A stretch of 50,376 nt of DNA from a virus. Its lineage: Duplodnaviria; Caudoviricetes. Below are positions 19,493 to 30,046 of this stretch, piece after piece; within the stretch, counting starts at the first letter, position 1, and each line of letters opens with the position of its first letter. A program made the translations under genes and the position numbers. A model generated the notes under the pieces. The model was not told where the DNA came from, did not search any database, and saw only the letters and a program-made list of their open reading frames with translations. The stretch lies in the IMG/VR virus record IMGVR_UViG_3300031519_000033, positions 1 through 50,376 of that record, one strand, 5' to 3'.

Positions 19493-20935
19493 ATGATTAT
19501 AGGAGTAGAAGTGCAAGAAAATATTTTAATGATTTCTTATTATGATGCAGAAGGAAAAATTGCATACATACGAAAGAGACTTGCTGAACATGAGATCTTT
19601 AATTGGGTCGAGCATAATAAACCGTCACAATATAAAAACTGGGATGGTACCAATATTAAGCAGGAATTATCAGATCCAAAGTGGCTGACTCGAAGCCGAC
19701 TCGAAGAGTTGATTCTAGAAAAGCTAACACCTGAGGAAAAGGGATTACTGTATAATTTTGACAACTTTCCTAAAAAAGACTATATAGATATTGAGATTTT
19801 GTTAACAAGCGATGAATTTCCTGCTCCGGAAAAAGCTGAAATGCCCGTCGGAATGATTTCATTTTGTAATGAAGATGGAGTAAGTTACGTATTATCTATC
19901 ATGAAATCAGAAGAGCATCCAAATGGATTATCTAAAGAAGAAATAGTTAAAATGGAAAAAGAAGTAAATAAGTACTTCAAGGAAACAGTTCCTCACGATC
20001 CAAAGGATAAAAAGATATTAATGCAAGATTTCAAAATCAAGCATATGTTCTTTGAAACTGAAAAGGAATTAATGGAGTTTTACTTTCATAAAGTTGCTCC
20101 ACAGCAATCATTTTTAACCGGATGGAACGTAATTGATTTCGATTGGCAATATCTAATGAATAGAGGATCTAAGATCGGACTAGATACTCTAGATAAGATG
20201 ACTTCTAGGAAAACCTTTTCTAAAAGACATAAGCTACCTACCCATCTCGGAATAGTTGATTACATGCAATTGTTTATTGATCCAGGATATAAGCCATATA
20301 AAGTAGTTGAGAATTATACTCTTGATTACATTTCAAATAAAGCATTGAATACATCAAAACTCAAACATCCTTACAAATCATTTAGGGAATTTCAAAAAGA
20401 TGTTTATATGTTTACAATGTATAACGTAATAGATAATTTACTTGTTAAATTAATCGAGGACAAATTTGGAATGATGGATGTTGCATTCTCAGTAGCAAAC
20501 GTTGCCCAAGTAGAAGTCAACAAGATTTTTAGCCCAGTTCATATCACTGAGGTTTTAATGTGTAGAGAATTTCTAGGCAAAAATCAGAAAATGCTTAAGA
20601 AGGGATGGAAAGGAAAATCAGAGGAAGAAGATGCAACTTATGAAGGAGCATATGTAATGCCCCCAGTTCCTGGATATTATAAATATATTAGTTGCTACGA
20701 TTTTAAATCAATGTACCCTAATATTCAAATGCAATTCAACTGTTCTCCTGATACTTATCTTGGAAAGATGGGAATGATCAAGACTAATGGAACTGAGATT
20801 ACAACTAAGAATAATACACTATTTGATAGTCAAAAGGATTCAGTTGCACGTGTAATACTAGAAAGATTATATAATGCTAGAATCGAAGCTCAGGAAGAAA
20901 TTAAAGATCTTAAATTTGATAGAAAGAAAACATGA
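19493..20935 (+). CDS. gp43: Family B DNA polymerase, N-terminal subunit (exonuclease plus motif A) of a split enzyme
   Basis: ExoI DIE, ExoII GWNVIDFDWQYL, ExoIII YNVID, YEGAYV and motif A YDFKSMYPNI. The ORF ends before motifs B and C. Confidence 0.88.
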   Translation: MIIGVEVQENILMISYYDAEGKIAYIRKRLAEHEIFNWVEHNKPSQYKNWDGTNIKQELSDPKWLTRSRLEELILEKLTPEEKGLLYNFDNFPKKDYIDIEILLTSDEFPAPEKAEMPVGMISFCNEDGVSYVLSIMKSEEHPNGLSKEEIVKMEKEVNKYFKETVPHDPKDKKILMQDFKIKHMFFETEKELMEFYFHKVAPQQSFLTGWNVIDFDWQYLMNRGSKIGLDTLDKMTSRKTFSKRHKLPTHLGIVDYMQLFIDPGYKPYKVVENYTLDYISNKALNTSKLKHPYKSFREFQKDVYMFTMYNVIDNLLVKLIEDKFGMMDVAFSVANVAQVEVNKIFSPVHITEVLMCREFLGKNQKMLKKGWKGKSEEEDATYEGAYVMPPVPGYYKYISCYDFKSMYPNIQMQFNCSPDTYLGKMGMIKTNGTEITTKNNTLFDSQKDSVARVILERLYNARIEAQEEIKDLKFDRKKT

Positions 20936-21168
20936 ATATAAACACAGATGAATATTTAAAATGGCTCATGTCCTTTATTAAAGATAAAGACGTAATAGAT
21001 GAGGTTCAATTACTTCAAATGAAGGAAGAACTTGGAAAACTATTCAGCGAGAATACCTTTACTGTTAAAATAAATCATTCTCAAATATGGACATCAGATT
21101 CTACATTTAAAAATCCTTATACTTATGAAAATACCAAATTGGATAAAACGGCTTCTACAAAAAAATAA
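20932..21168 (+). CDS. Hypothetical protein
   Basis: ATGA overlap with the polymerase stop codon. Confidence 0.5.
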   Translation: MNINTDEYLKWLMSFIKDKDVIDEVQLLQMKEELGKLFSENTFTVKINHSQIWTSDSTFKNPYTYENTKLDKTASTKK

Positions 21169-21877
21169 AAAAGATATGATATCAGAAGAACAATTAATTA
21201 GTTATAAACAGAACTTCGGAGGACAGACATTTCAATGGATTAAAACTCCACGTCCTGAATTAATGGGAAAAGTAGTTAAGGTTAGAGACGTTGACATGAG
21301 AGGAACAGTTCACTTTGATGACGGTTCTAAAGTGCCAGCAAAGGATCTTAATAATAAATTAATGATGATAACTGGAGACATGCAGCCATTAACTACATCA
21401 GAGGTAAATTCGATAAGTAAGCCCGCACCGTCTACTGTAATTCCAGAGACTCCACTTCCTAATGGAGAAGTTATTGCGGCAAGAGAAATAAATGCCGCTC
21501 CGGTCGCGTCAGGATTTGATCCAGCGACTGGTCGGCCTATTTCTGGAGCCACTGTTCAGACTCCAGCCGCCGCTCAAGTGGCTCCTGAACCGGTAATAAA
21601 TCCGTTCGCGATGTTTAATTCAGATGAAACTGAAATTACCTTGAAGATGAATATTAAGATCCCAGATAAAAAACTTCTTAAGATGATGTACTCTAATGCA
21701 GAGAACAAGGAAGTATTCCTAGATCAGCTGTCTAAATACGTAAATTCACTGATAAATAATACTGTAGTATTGGAATCCATGCAGAAGATGTTAGATCCTA
21801 ATCCTTCAACTAAGAAAGCAACAAAACGAGTTGCTGCCGAAGTTCAATTAACTGAAGTAGATGAAACCAAAAAATAG
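21125..21877 (+). CDS. Hypothetical protein (start may be ATG 21176)
   Basis: ORF with a Pro/Ala-rich linker between two domains. Confidence 0.6.
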   Translation: MKIPNWIKRLLQKNKKDMISEEQLISYKQNFGGQTFQWIKTPRPELMGKVVKVRDVDMRGTVHFDDGSKVPAKDLNNKLMMITGDMQPLTTSEVNSISKPAPSTVIPETPLPNGEVIAAREINAAPVASGFDPATGRPISGATVQTPAAAQVAPEPVINPFAMFNSDETEITLKMNIKIPDKKLLKMMYSNAENKEVFLDQLSKYVNSLINNTVVLESMQKMLDPNPSTKKATKRVAAEVQLTEVDETKK

Positions 21878-22418
21878 AGAATTCAAATCAACTGAAGAAT
21901 ACCAAGATGGTAAGTATAAGGTACTTTCATTAAGTGATGGAAATTCCAACTTACGAAGAGTAGTTTGCGACAAAGAAGGAATATGCTTAATTCCATTCGA
22001 CACGGACGGCGGTAAAATAAAAAACGTGTATCTAGCAAAATACATGGACTACTTGTCAAATGAACAGGGTCATACTTGTATTACTTCAGATTTCAAAGAT
22101 GAATCAGATACAATATTTGAGGAACTGGATAATATAATTAATGGTGAGCTTGGGGTAAGCGCTGACGTAAACGATATGTACCTACTAGGAAATATCAAAC
22201 ATAATTTACCATTTTCAAAAACATATAAATGTTACGGATTAAATCTCGACAATCATTCAAAGGATTTAAATGGATTCAAATTAGATTTATCCGATGATGA
22301 ATTAGACAAAAAACTTTACAGTTTAGATAAAGTTAAACTCACAAGAGTACTTAAAGGGGATATAGAAGACTCTTTATGTATGTCAGCCGCACTTCTATTA
22401 ATTTCATACATCGATTAG
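21861..22418 (+). CDS. Hypothetical protein, possibly a degenerate Nudix fold
   Basis: The GICLIPF...ELG...LLG...YG layout recalls Nudix proteins, but the Nudix box is not intact. Confidence 0.4.
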   Translation: MKPKNREFKSTEEYQDGKYKVLSLSDGNSNLRRVVCDKEGICLIPFDTDGGKIKNVYLAKYMDYLSNEQGHTCITSDFKDESDTIFEELDNIINGELGVSADVNDMYLLGNIKHNLPFSKTYKCYGLNLDNHSKDLNGFKLDLSDDELDKKLYSLDKVKLTRVLKGDIEDSLCMSAALLLISYID

Positions 22419-22421
22419 TAA

Positions 22422-22448
22422 AAACTAATGGGTTTTCCATAGTATAAT
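22422..22448 (+). promoter_or_regulatory. AAAC-N16-GTATAAT promoter-like motif upstream of uvsX
   Basis: AAAC at 22422-22425, GTATAAT at 22442-22448. Confidence 0.7.
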
Positions 22449-22468
22449 ACTTGTAAAAAAGAAGAACT

Positions 22469-23689
22469 ATGTCAAAAACTAAAGATTTAATCTCGGCCTT
22501 TGCTAACTTCAACAATAAGTTAGAGAAGACCACCAAAAGTAGAGTAAAGCTTAAAGGATTTTCAGATGTTACGGAATTTATTCCAACTGGGAACTTTTTG
22601 TTAAATGCTCAAATGTCAGGATCACTTAGAGGAGGATACCCAAATGCAAGAAGCTTAGGTATCGGAGGAGACTCGGGAACAGGAAAAACCTTTCTTTGTC
22701 TTAACGCAATTAAAAATGCTCAAAATATGGATTACGCTGTATTCTATGTGGATACAGAGGGAGCATTAGATAAAAAGGATTTCGTTAACTTCGGAATTAA
22801 TATGGATATGCTGAACTATAAAAGGATCGGTATAATCTCAGAAGTTAAATTCTACATCTATGATATTATCAAGATGAAAGAAGAAAATCCTGATTTAAAA
22901 ATCATGATAATTGTAGACTCACTTACTCATCTTGAAACTAATAAAGAGATTGAAGATATAGCCAAGGGAAGTAACGCTCAAGATATGGGACTAAGAGCTA
23001 AGGAACTTAGACAATTATTCAAGTCAATGACTTTGGATTTATCAAACCTTAAAATACCGTTGATTTTTACTTCACATACTTATTCTAGTATGGACAAATA
23101 TAACCCTAAGGCAATGAGTGGAGGATCAGGTCCTTTATATTCTGCTTCGGTTGTTATGATGCTTTCTAAAGGAACCTTAAAAGCAGAAGATGACGTATCT
23201 GCTTCTGGTGGAGATGCAAAAGAAAAAACTGGAGTAAAAGTTAGAAGCACCACAGATAAGAATCGGCTAGCTAAGCCAGAGAAAATAGAAATCCATATTT
23301 CATTCCACAAAGGTATGAATCCATATGTTGGATTACAGGACTATTTATCATGGGATAATTGTGGAGTTGAAAGAGGTAATAAACTTACTGAAAAGGAATT
23401 CGCTAAACTTAAAGGAGCAGAATCAGAAGCATGCTCTCCATTTGAAGTAGACGGAGAAAAATTCTATTTCTTACCGAAATCGGCAGCTCGTAACTTTATC
23501 ATCAAGTTTAACGGAGATATTGTACCTTGGAGAGAGATATTTACCGATCGAGTATTTACTGACGCTGTGATCGATGAATTAGATAAAAACGTCATACAAC
23601 CTAAATTTAAATACAGTTCACTAGCTGATGTAGAAGCTGCTGAAATGATTGAATTACAAATGGAGGACGAGGATGAATCTGAAGATTAA
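22469..23689 (+). CDS. uvsX: UvsX/RecA-like recombinase
   Basis: Walker A GDSGTGKT, YVDTEGA, IVDSL, DMGLRAK and MSGGSGPLYSAS. Confidence 0.92.
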   Translation: MSKTKDLISAFANFNNKLEKTTKSRVKLKGFSDVTEFIPTGNFLLNAQMSGSLRGGYPNARSLGIGGDSGTGKTFLCLNAIKNAQNMDYAVFYVDTEGALDKKDFVNFGINMDMLNYKRIGIISEVKFYIYDIIKMKEENPDLKIMIIVDSLTHLETNKEIEDIAKGSNAQDMGLRAKELRQLFKSMTLDLSNLKIPLIFTSHTYSSMDKYNPKAMSGGSGPLYSASVVMMLSKGTLKAEDDVSASGGDAKEKTGVKVRSTTDKNRLAKPEKIEIHISFHKGMNPYVGLQDYLSWDNCGVERGNKLTEKEFAKLKGAESEACSPFEVDGEKFYFLPKSAARNFIIKFNGDIVPWREIFTDRVFTDAVIDELDKNVIQPKFKYSSLADVEAAEMIELQMEDEDESED

Positions 23690-24011
23690 AGAATCTACCA
23701 AATTAAAATACCACCTCAATATGCATTTAATGGAGTCCTTTTTAGACAAGGACTCCATTGCATTTGAGCTGATTAAGTATGTTGTATCGGATATAGAATC
23801 TAATGAAAGCAAGGAACTTTCCTTTGATACTCTTAAGTTTACCTCAAAAACATTGAAATATGTATTTGGGGATATGCTGAAAGAAGAGACATTCAAATCA
23901 TACGCAATTGATAGTATAAAGAAAATGATTGCTGATAACTGGATAGAACCTAAAAATAAATCAATGTATATAACTGAAACAATGCTCACCAATTTTTATA
24001 ATGTAAATTAA
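23673..24011 (+). CDS. Hypothetical protein
   Basis: ATG 23673 overlaps the end of uvsX; the stop abuts the helicase start. Confidence 0.55.
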   Translation: MNLKIKESTKLKYHLNMHLMESFLDKDSIAFELIKYVVSDIESNESKELSFDTLKFTSKTLKYVFGDMLKEETFKSYAIDSIKKMIADNWIEPKNKSMYITETMLTNFYNVN

Positions 24012-25532
24012 ATGATAGATTTTACTGAAAATATAGACTCATTAGAGACAATGGTATGGAACTTCGTTCTAAATCCGGATAATGACATGAACGAATTAAA
24101 ACCTCATAATCATGCTTCGCTATCTCGTGAGGAATTAATTACGATGCTTTTTCCAAAGTACTTTAATGATGAAACTCGAATGGAAGTATATAAATTCGCA
24201 CTTAAATTCTTCAAGCAGTATGCTAAAATTCCAAATAGAACTGAGCTTAAAAGTTTCTTAGTATTGAATAACTATTTCTTAGATGACGAAAAGTTTGACG
24301 AGTTATTCTTTTTTAATCTAAAGGATTATAGTTACGACTATCTATACAAATATGTAAAGGCATTTACCTTGCTTAGGAATCTGAATATTACAATGTTTGA
24401 TATAATAGCCTATTTAAAAACCGCAGCCATTAACCCAGACAATATTGATGAAATTACCGACAAGATCAGAAATGATATGAATGGTAAATTATCTGTGAGT
24501 TTTAGTAATGCCGGACAGGGACTAAACTTCTTAGACCCTAAATCACATATTCAAATTGCAAAGGTTGGAACTCCTTCTGGATTCGAGTTTATTAATAAGA
24601 CACAAGGTGGAGGATGGAACCTTAAAACGTTAGTAGTATTCCAAGGAAGACCTAAGGTCGGTAAATCTATGGTACTTGGAAACTGTGCCGCTAGGTCGTT
24701 CTTAGCTGGAAATAACACTGGATTAGTAACAGTTGAGTTAGCTGATAGATCATACATGAAACGGATTGGTTCTAATATATTAAACATTAAAAAAGATGAT
24801 TATGAAAATATCAATGACGACACTCAAATGGGAATGGTTGCTGATAAAATTCAAGAACTTAAGGATTCAGGAAAAGAAATTGGACATTTAGAAGTAGTTG
24901 AATTTCCTACTGGAGGAGCAACTGCTATTGATATAGAAAACTACTTCCTTAGATTAGAAACAAAACTTAATAAGAAATTCAAAGTTATTGTGGTAGATTA
25001 CTTGAATTTACTTAAACCTATCAAAGATCAAGCTGGTCTATATGAGAAAGTTAAATGTATATGTGAAGAACTTAGAGGAGTAGCGATGAGAAATGAATGG
25101 TGCGTTATTTCTGCAACACAAATTAGAAGAGATGATGTAGACAACTTTGATCTAGGAATGGACTCAGTTGCTGAATCATTTGGTTTAGTTCACACAGTTG
25201 ATGCTTTATACGGATTAATGAGAAGTCCGCTTGAAGGAAGAATGAAAATTAAAGTTATTGCAAATCGTGATAATGGATACGAAGAAAGCTATAAGTTCTA
25301 TGCAATGAATAAAGATCATTTCAGATTAGAGGAAGAAATCGGAATGAACAGCGAATATTACAGTGATGATGATAACGCAAATATGATTGCTGATGAAGTT
25401 AGGCAAGAAATGAGAGAAATTCAATCTCCTGTATCTACTGACATAGCCGTATTAACTAACAATACTGATGCACTACCTCCTGCTACAACAATGAGTGATG
25501 CAGATTACACTACATTATTCGACCAGATATAA
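24012..25532 (+). CDS. gp41: Replicative DnaB-like helicase (gp41-like)
   Basis: GRPKVGKS, VTVEL, VVDYLNL, EELRG, SATQ and AESFGL motifs. Confidence 0.9.
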   Translation: MIDFTENIDSLETMVWNFVLNPDNDMNELKPHNHASLSREELITMLFPKYFNDETRMEVYKFALKFFKQYAKIPNRTELKSFLVLNNYFLDDEKFDELFFFNLKDYSYDYLYKYVKAFTLLRNLNITMFDIIAYLKTAAINPDNIDEITDKIRNDMNGKLSVSFSNAGQGLNFLDPKSHIQIAKVGTPSGFEFINKTQGGGWNLKTLVVFQGRPKVGKSMVLGNCAARSFLAGNNTGLVTVELADRSYMKRIGSNILNIKKDDYENINDDTQMGMVADKIQELKDSGKEIGHLEVVEFPTGGATAIDIENYFLRLETKLNKKFKVIVVDYLNLLKPIKDQAGLYEKVKCICEELRGVAMRNEWCVISATQIRRDDVDNFDLGMDSVAESFGLVHTVDALYGLMRSPLEGRMKIKVIANRDNGYEESYKFYAMNKDHFRLEEEIGMNSEYYSDDDNANMIADEVRQEMREIQSPVSTDIAVLTNNTDALPPATTMSDADYTTLFDQI

Positions 25533-25547
25533 AATAATCATTAAACA

Positions 25548-26108
25548 ATGTCAGATGATAAAGATAAAAAGAAAGAAAAAGAATTAAGTAAAAAGAGACG
25601 CGAAGATAAAATATTTAACAACGGATATAAAGCAGGCGAGGGATTACGAGAAGACGATGAATATCGATATCAATCTTCAATTACTGTAAATTCAAATTAC
25701 GCTGACAAATATTTAAAGGACGTATATGAATACGAGGAAACACTAGATTATAACATTGGAGTAACTAAAATATTCGAATTAATTGAAACAGATAAAGATC
25801 TTAGGAGCATGTTACACAAACTTGATAGCAATACTAAGCTTAAATTATCAAAAGATGAAATTAACTGGAGCTTTAGTAAGATTTTAACATTGATGGAATC
25901 TGAAGAATACGAGGAACAGTTTTATAATCCAATATACGTGCTAGAAGCATTATCTTCTATTATAAACATTAACTCAAGTGATCAAATTAAGGATTACAGA
26001 AAAATATTTGATAGTTTAGATGTTGAAATTCAAGCTCAATTAGTCGAGGAATTAAATAAGAAGTACGGATTTTTAGAAGGAAAAATGAATAAACGAAAGA
26101 TGCATTAA
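25548..26108 (+). CDS. Hypothetical protein; C-terminus weakly reminiscent of the late-transcription coactivator gp33
   Basis: The helical C-terminal pattern IYVLEALSSII...LDVEIQAQLVEEL; resemblance judged by eye only. Confidence 0.35.
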   Translation: MSDDKDKKKEKELSKKRREDKIFNNGYKAGEGLREDDEYRYQSSITVNSNYADKYLKDVYEYEETLDYNIGVTKIFELIETDKDLRSMLHKLDSNTKLKLSKDEINWSFSKILTLMESEEYEEQFYNPIYVLEALSSIININSSDQIKDYRKIFDSLDVEIQAQLVEELNKKYGFLEGKMNKRKMH

Positions 26109-26109
26109 T

Positions 26110-27225
26110 ATGAATTTAGACAACATTAGAAACATTTACTTACTTGGAGATTTACACATCGGAGTAAGGAATAATTCAAACGAATGGTTTGATATCCAAA
26201 GAGAATTTCTAATTGATTGGTTCATACCTAAAATCATAGCAGATGGATTCGATCCTAAACATGATGCCATAATTCAAGCAGGCGATTGGAACCACGTTAG
26301 GGAATCTAGTAACATTCGTATCGCCGATAGATCTCGTGAAATATTCGAAATATTCGACGAAACATTTAAACGTGGAGTTCATATTATTCTAGGAAATCAT
26401 GATGTTTATTACAAAGACAGAACAGACGTACACTCATTAAAAGACATTCCTGCAATTTACAATAACATTTTTGTTCATGAACAGCCTAGCGTTCTAAATA
26501 TAAATGGAATACATAAAATGCTTATGCTTCCATGGGAACATGACTTTGAACAATTATCTAGAAAGGTAGCTTCATACATAGGCAAGGCAGACTATATTGT
26601 ATGTCATGCTGACATCAAGGATTTTAGACTTAATAAATGGGTTAAACTTGAACATGGTCTACATAAAAACGAACTTAAATCTTTTAAGAAGATATGGTCT
26701 GGTCATATTCATATAAGACAAGAATATGAGAATATGACGTATCTGGGAACTCCTTATCAACTAGATAGAGGAGATCACGGGAACATTAAAGGATACTATA
26801 AACTTAACGTAGAGGGTCCTGATATAATTGAGGAGTTCATCGAAAACACCGTATCTCCTAGGTTTGTTAAATATAAAGCAGATGATATACTTAACAAAAG
26901 TTTATCAGAAGTTAAGGAAATGTTCAACAATAACTTCGTCGACATTTTAATATCGAGTGAGTTAGCTAAAGTATTTCCAATTACTCAATTCGTAGAACTA
27001 GTTAAGGATAGTGGACATAGATTAATTGAATTTTATCCTTATAAATCTGACAATGATTCAGACGATGATATCGTATTAGACGAGTCATATGAATATAATA
27101 TTTTTGAAGTATTACAAATCTATATGAAGAATAGAGAAATCCCTTCTAATTTATCTGCAAAGGTATCAGCTAAATTCAAAGAAGTACATGACAATATTAA
27201 GAACGCAAAAAACTACTACGAATAA
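26110..27225 (+). CDS. gp47: Mre11/SbcD-like recombination nuclease (gp47)
   Basis: GDLHIG, AGD, GNHD and SGHIH metallophosphoesterase motifs. Confidence 0.9.
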   Translation: MNLDNIRNIYLLGDLHIGVRNNSNEWFDIQREFLIDWFIPKIIADGFDPKHDAIIQAGDWNHVRESSNIRIADRSREIFEIFDETFKRGVHIILGNHDVYYKDRTDVHSLKDIPAIYNNIFVHEQPSVLNINGIHKMLMLPWEHDFEQLSRKVASYIGKADYIVCHADIKDFRLNKWVKLEHGLHKNELKSFKKIWSGHIHIRQEYENMTYLGTPYQLDRGDHGNIKGYYKLNVEGPDIIEEFIENTVSPRFVKYKADDILNKSLSEVKEMFNNNFVDILISSELAKVFPITQFVELVKDSGHRLIEFYPYKSDNDSDDDIVLDESYEYNIFEVLQIYMKNREIPSNLSAKVSAKFKEVHDNIKNAKNYYE

Positions 27226-28925
27226 TGAAGTTTATAAAATTTATGTGGAAGAACCTGATATCGTATGGTAATGATCTACAGGAATATGTGTTCAGTACTG
27301 AACCTCAATTAGTATTAGTAACCGGAGAGAATGGTGCAGGTAAAAGTTCTATTAAAGAAGCATTAACCGTATCTGCATATGGTAAATCTGCGATTCGTAA
27401 GATGAAGGATATTCCAAATTGGATAAATAAGAATGCCTATACTTATAATGAGTTTGAAACCTCGAAAGGAGATAGGGTAATTATCGAACGGGGAATAGAT
27501 CCCAACTTCAGTTCAATACAGGTGAATGGATCTCCATATAATCTTCCAGATAAGAGAAAAATAGATGAATTTGTAGAGTCTGAATTGTTAAATCTTAATT
27601 TTCCAATATTCTGTAACACAATAAGTCTATCATTTGATGATTTCAAGTCATTTGTAAACTTAAGTGCAGCAGATAAGAGAAAAATAGTCGATCCTATGTT
27701 TGGTATTGATCTTCTAACTGATATGCGAGCTAATATTAAGGGAGATCTTAAGGAGAATCAAAAAAGCTTAGATATAATTGACTCAACTATCATTAAGAAC
27801 AATACATTACTAGATTCTTCACTATCACAACTTACTGCGCTTAGAGAAAAGATCGAAGAAGCAGTAGTTGATAGATCTAATGAGATAAATGAAGATATTA
27901 CTACTAAAACTACAGTAAAGAATTTACATAAAGCACAATATGATACAATAAAGAACAAAATTGCTGGAATTACAGCTAAGGCTACTGAATTTAGACAGGC
28001 ATCGGCTAACTGTAATGCTAGAATTACAGAATTTGACAAAAAGCTGACTATTTTTGAAAATAATCAATGTCCACACTGTTTAAGTGATCTTACTGGTGAC
28101 ACTGCTCAGCGAATTAAAACGTCAATTGAAGAAAAGAAACTAGCAGAGGACATATTGCTTGAAAAGATCAGAAAAAATCAACAGACTGCTATAAATCTAA
28201 TACACGATCTGACCAAGGATCAAGATGTTGAAAAAGACATATTCTATAAGATTAATGGTGAAATAGCTGCACTAGAAAAGGAATTAATAGCGTCCAATGC
28301 AACTAAACCTGATAACCAGGAGGAATCTATTCAGAAAATCATAGATACTATCAAGGCTGATATTTCAGAGTCAGAGATTGACTCTAAGCAGTACGAGGAT
28401 AATCTAGAACTATATGGAATGCTAGATGAAGTATTATCTGATGGAGGAATCAAGAAAGTATTGATTGATAGAGTTATTCCGTTACTTAATAATAGAATTT
28501 CTGAATTATGTGATAGATTAGAGTTCAAATTCAATTTCGAATTTGATAGTGACTTCAATCCTCTTATTAGATATTTAGGAATGGATATATCACCTGAGAG
28601 TTTATCAACAGGTCAACGCAAGAAAATGAATCTAATTGTATTACTATCATTCATTGAATTAATTAAGTTAAAACACAATAATATGAACGTAATGTTCTTA
28701 GATGAAATATTCTCAGGACTAGATAAGAAAAACGTTTATAAATCAATTGAGATTCTTAGAGAATATGCCGATAAGTATAAAATGACAATCTTCGTCGTTT
28801 CACATGAGACTCTTCCAGAGGAATTCTTTGACCAACGTATATCAGTAACGATGCCAAGTCACTTTTCAGAGATGACCGTATCATCTAATATTAGACAAGA
28901 GCAAGAACCAGCGGTGGTAAACTAG
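27225..28925 (+). CDS. gp46: Rad50/SbcC-like ATPase (gp46)
   Basis: GENGAGKS, CPHC zinc hook, LSTGQ signature, LDEIFSGLD and VVSH. Confidence 0.92.
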   Translation: MKFIKFMWKNLISYGNDLQEYVFSTEPQLVLVTGENGAGKSSIKEALTVSAYGKSAIRKMKDIPNWINKNAYTYNEFETSKGDRVIIERGIDPNFSSIQVNGSPYNLPDKRKIDEFVESELLNLNFPIFCNTISLSFDDFKSFVNLSAADKRKIVDPMFGIDLLTDMRANIKGDLKENQKSLDIIDSTIIKNNTLLDSSLSQLTALREKIEEAVVDRSNEINEDITTKTTVKNLHKAQYDTIKNKIAGITAKATEFRQASANCNARITEFDKKLTIFENNQCPHCLSDLTGDTAQRIKTSIEEKKLAEDILLEKIRKNQQTAINLIHDLTKDQDVEKDIFYKINGEIAALEKELIASNATKPDNQEESIQKIIDTIKADISESEIDSKQYEDNLELYGMLDEVLSDGGIKKVLIDRVIPLLNNRISELCDRLEFKFNFEFDSDFNPLIRYLGMDISPESLSTGQRKKMNLIVLLSFIELIKLKHNNMNVMFLDEIFSGLDKKNVYKSIEILREYADKYKMTIFVVSHETLPEEFFDQRISVTMPSHFSEMTVSSNIRQEQEPAVVN

Positions 28926-28931
28926 TATAAA
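28905..28931 (+). promoter_or_regulatory. Variant promoter GAAC-N16-GTATAAA upstream of the TS-like gene
   Basis: Same 16-nt spacing with two mismatches to the consensus. Confidence 0.4.
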
Positions 28932-28950
28932 ATAACAAATAACGTAGTAC

Positions 28951-29829
28951 ATGAAAGTATTCAAAGGAGAAACATTCGCAGAAGTATATAAAGACAGTCT
29001 AATTGACTTGTATAATAATGCCCAATATGAAACTCGACCTAGGGATCTTGCTGTTAAGGAAAACTTAAAGGTTGCACTTGAATTTTCAGATCCTATATCT
29101 TCAATTTATAATAATGATAGAAGATCGTCTCAGTATAAATATATAGCCGCTGAATTGCTTTGGTATTTCTTAGGTAGAGATGATGTTGAATTCATTAGTA
29201 AATACGCAGGATTCTGGAAAGCAATCCAAAATGAAGACGGATCTATTAATTCATCATATGGAAACCTGCTGTTTAACAAGAAAAATAGATATGGAACCAC
29301 TCAATATGAATGGGCATTAAACTCGCTATTAAAAGACAAAGACACGAGACAGGCAGTAATGCACTTCAACCTACCTGAGCATCAGCATTTCGATAGCAAA
29401 GATTTTGTCTGCACAATGTATGGGATATTTCACATTAGAGATAATAAGTTATTATTAAATATTAACATGAGAAGTAATGACGCAATCCTGGGAACACCTA
29501 CTGATATCGCCTTCTTTACTTTATTACAACAACAAATGTTAAATCATTTAAAGTATGAATATCCTAACTTGACACTAGGATCATATACACACGTTACTGA
29601 TTCCTATCACATATATGAAAGACATTTTGATTTAGTAAAAGATATGATTGATCTTCCATTCATCCCCGTTAGCTTTCCACATATAGGGATTAATCTAATA
29701 TCTGAAAACGGTAAACCTTCAAGTGATTTACGGTTACTTGAGTCACATTATGATTCAAACAATGAAGTAGTTACAGATGATGTTTATAATTGGATACAAA
29801 ATAATATAAGAGATGAAGTTATCATATAG
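28951..29829 (+). CDS. Thymidylate-synthase-fold dCMP hydroxymethylase/methylase-like enzyme
   Basis: AELLWY, DTRQA, catalytic Cys (DFVCT), MRSNDAILGTPTD and SYHIYERHF. It has Asp where ThyA has the uracil-selecting Asn. Confidence 0.75.
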   Translation: MKVFKGETFAEVYKDSLIDLYNNAQYETRPRDLAVKENLKVALEFSDPISSIYNNDRRSSQYKYIAAELLWYFLGRDDVEFISKYAGFWKAIQNEDGSINSSYGNLLFNKKNRYGTTQYEWALNSLLKDKDTRQAVMHFNLPEHQHFDSKDFVCTMYGIFHIRDNKLLLNINMRSNDAILGTPTDIAFFTLLQQQMLNHLKYEYPNLTLGSYTHVTDSYHIYERHFDLVKDMIDLPFIPVSFPHIGINLISENGKPSSDLRLLESHYDSNNEVVTDDVYNWIQNNIRDEVII

Positions 29830-30046
29830 TACAATACTCGGTAGAAAAGTAAGAGCAATTTTATCATGGAGTATGGGACAAGCGGCACTGGCCGCTATTT
29901 GCTTCGGTACATATAGACTTTTTCTATTTGAATTAGTTAATATAGAAATCACATTTATTCAATGGGTTGCAATAGTTATAATATTTGCATGCCTAATGCC
30001 TGGTAAAGTATTATCAACACTTAATAAGAATAAAAATGAACGCTAA
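29813..30046 (+). CDS. Small membrane protein with two hydrophobic segments
   Basis: Hydrophobic stretches; overlaps both neighbouring genes. Confidence 0.5.
   Translation: MKLSYSTILGRKVRAILSWSMGQAALAAICFGTYRLFLFELVNIEITFIQWVAIVIIFACLMPGKVLSTLNKNKNER

Noticed and set aside
20932-21877. Downstream ORFs as the missing polymerase C-terminus through a frameshift or intron
   Set aside because: No PolB motif B or C in their translations, and no intron or intein hallmarks.
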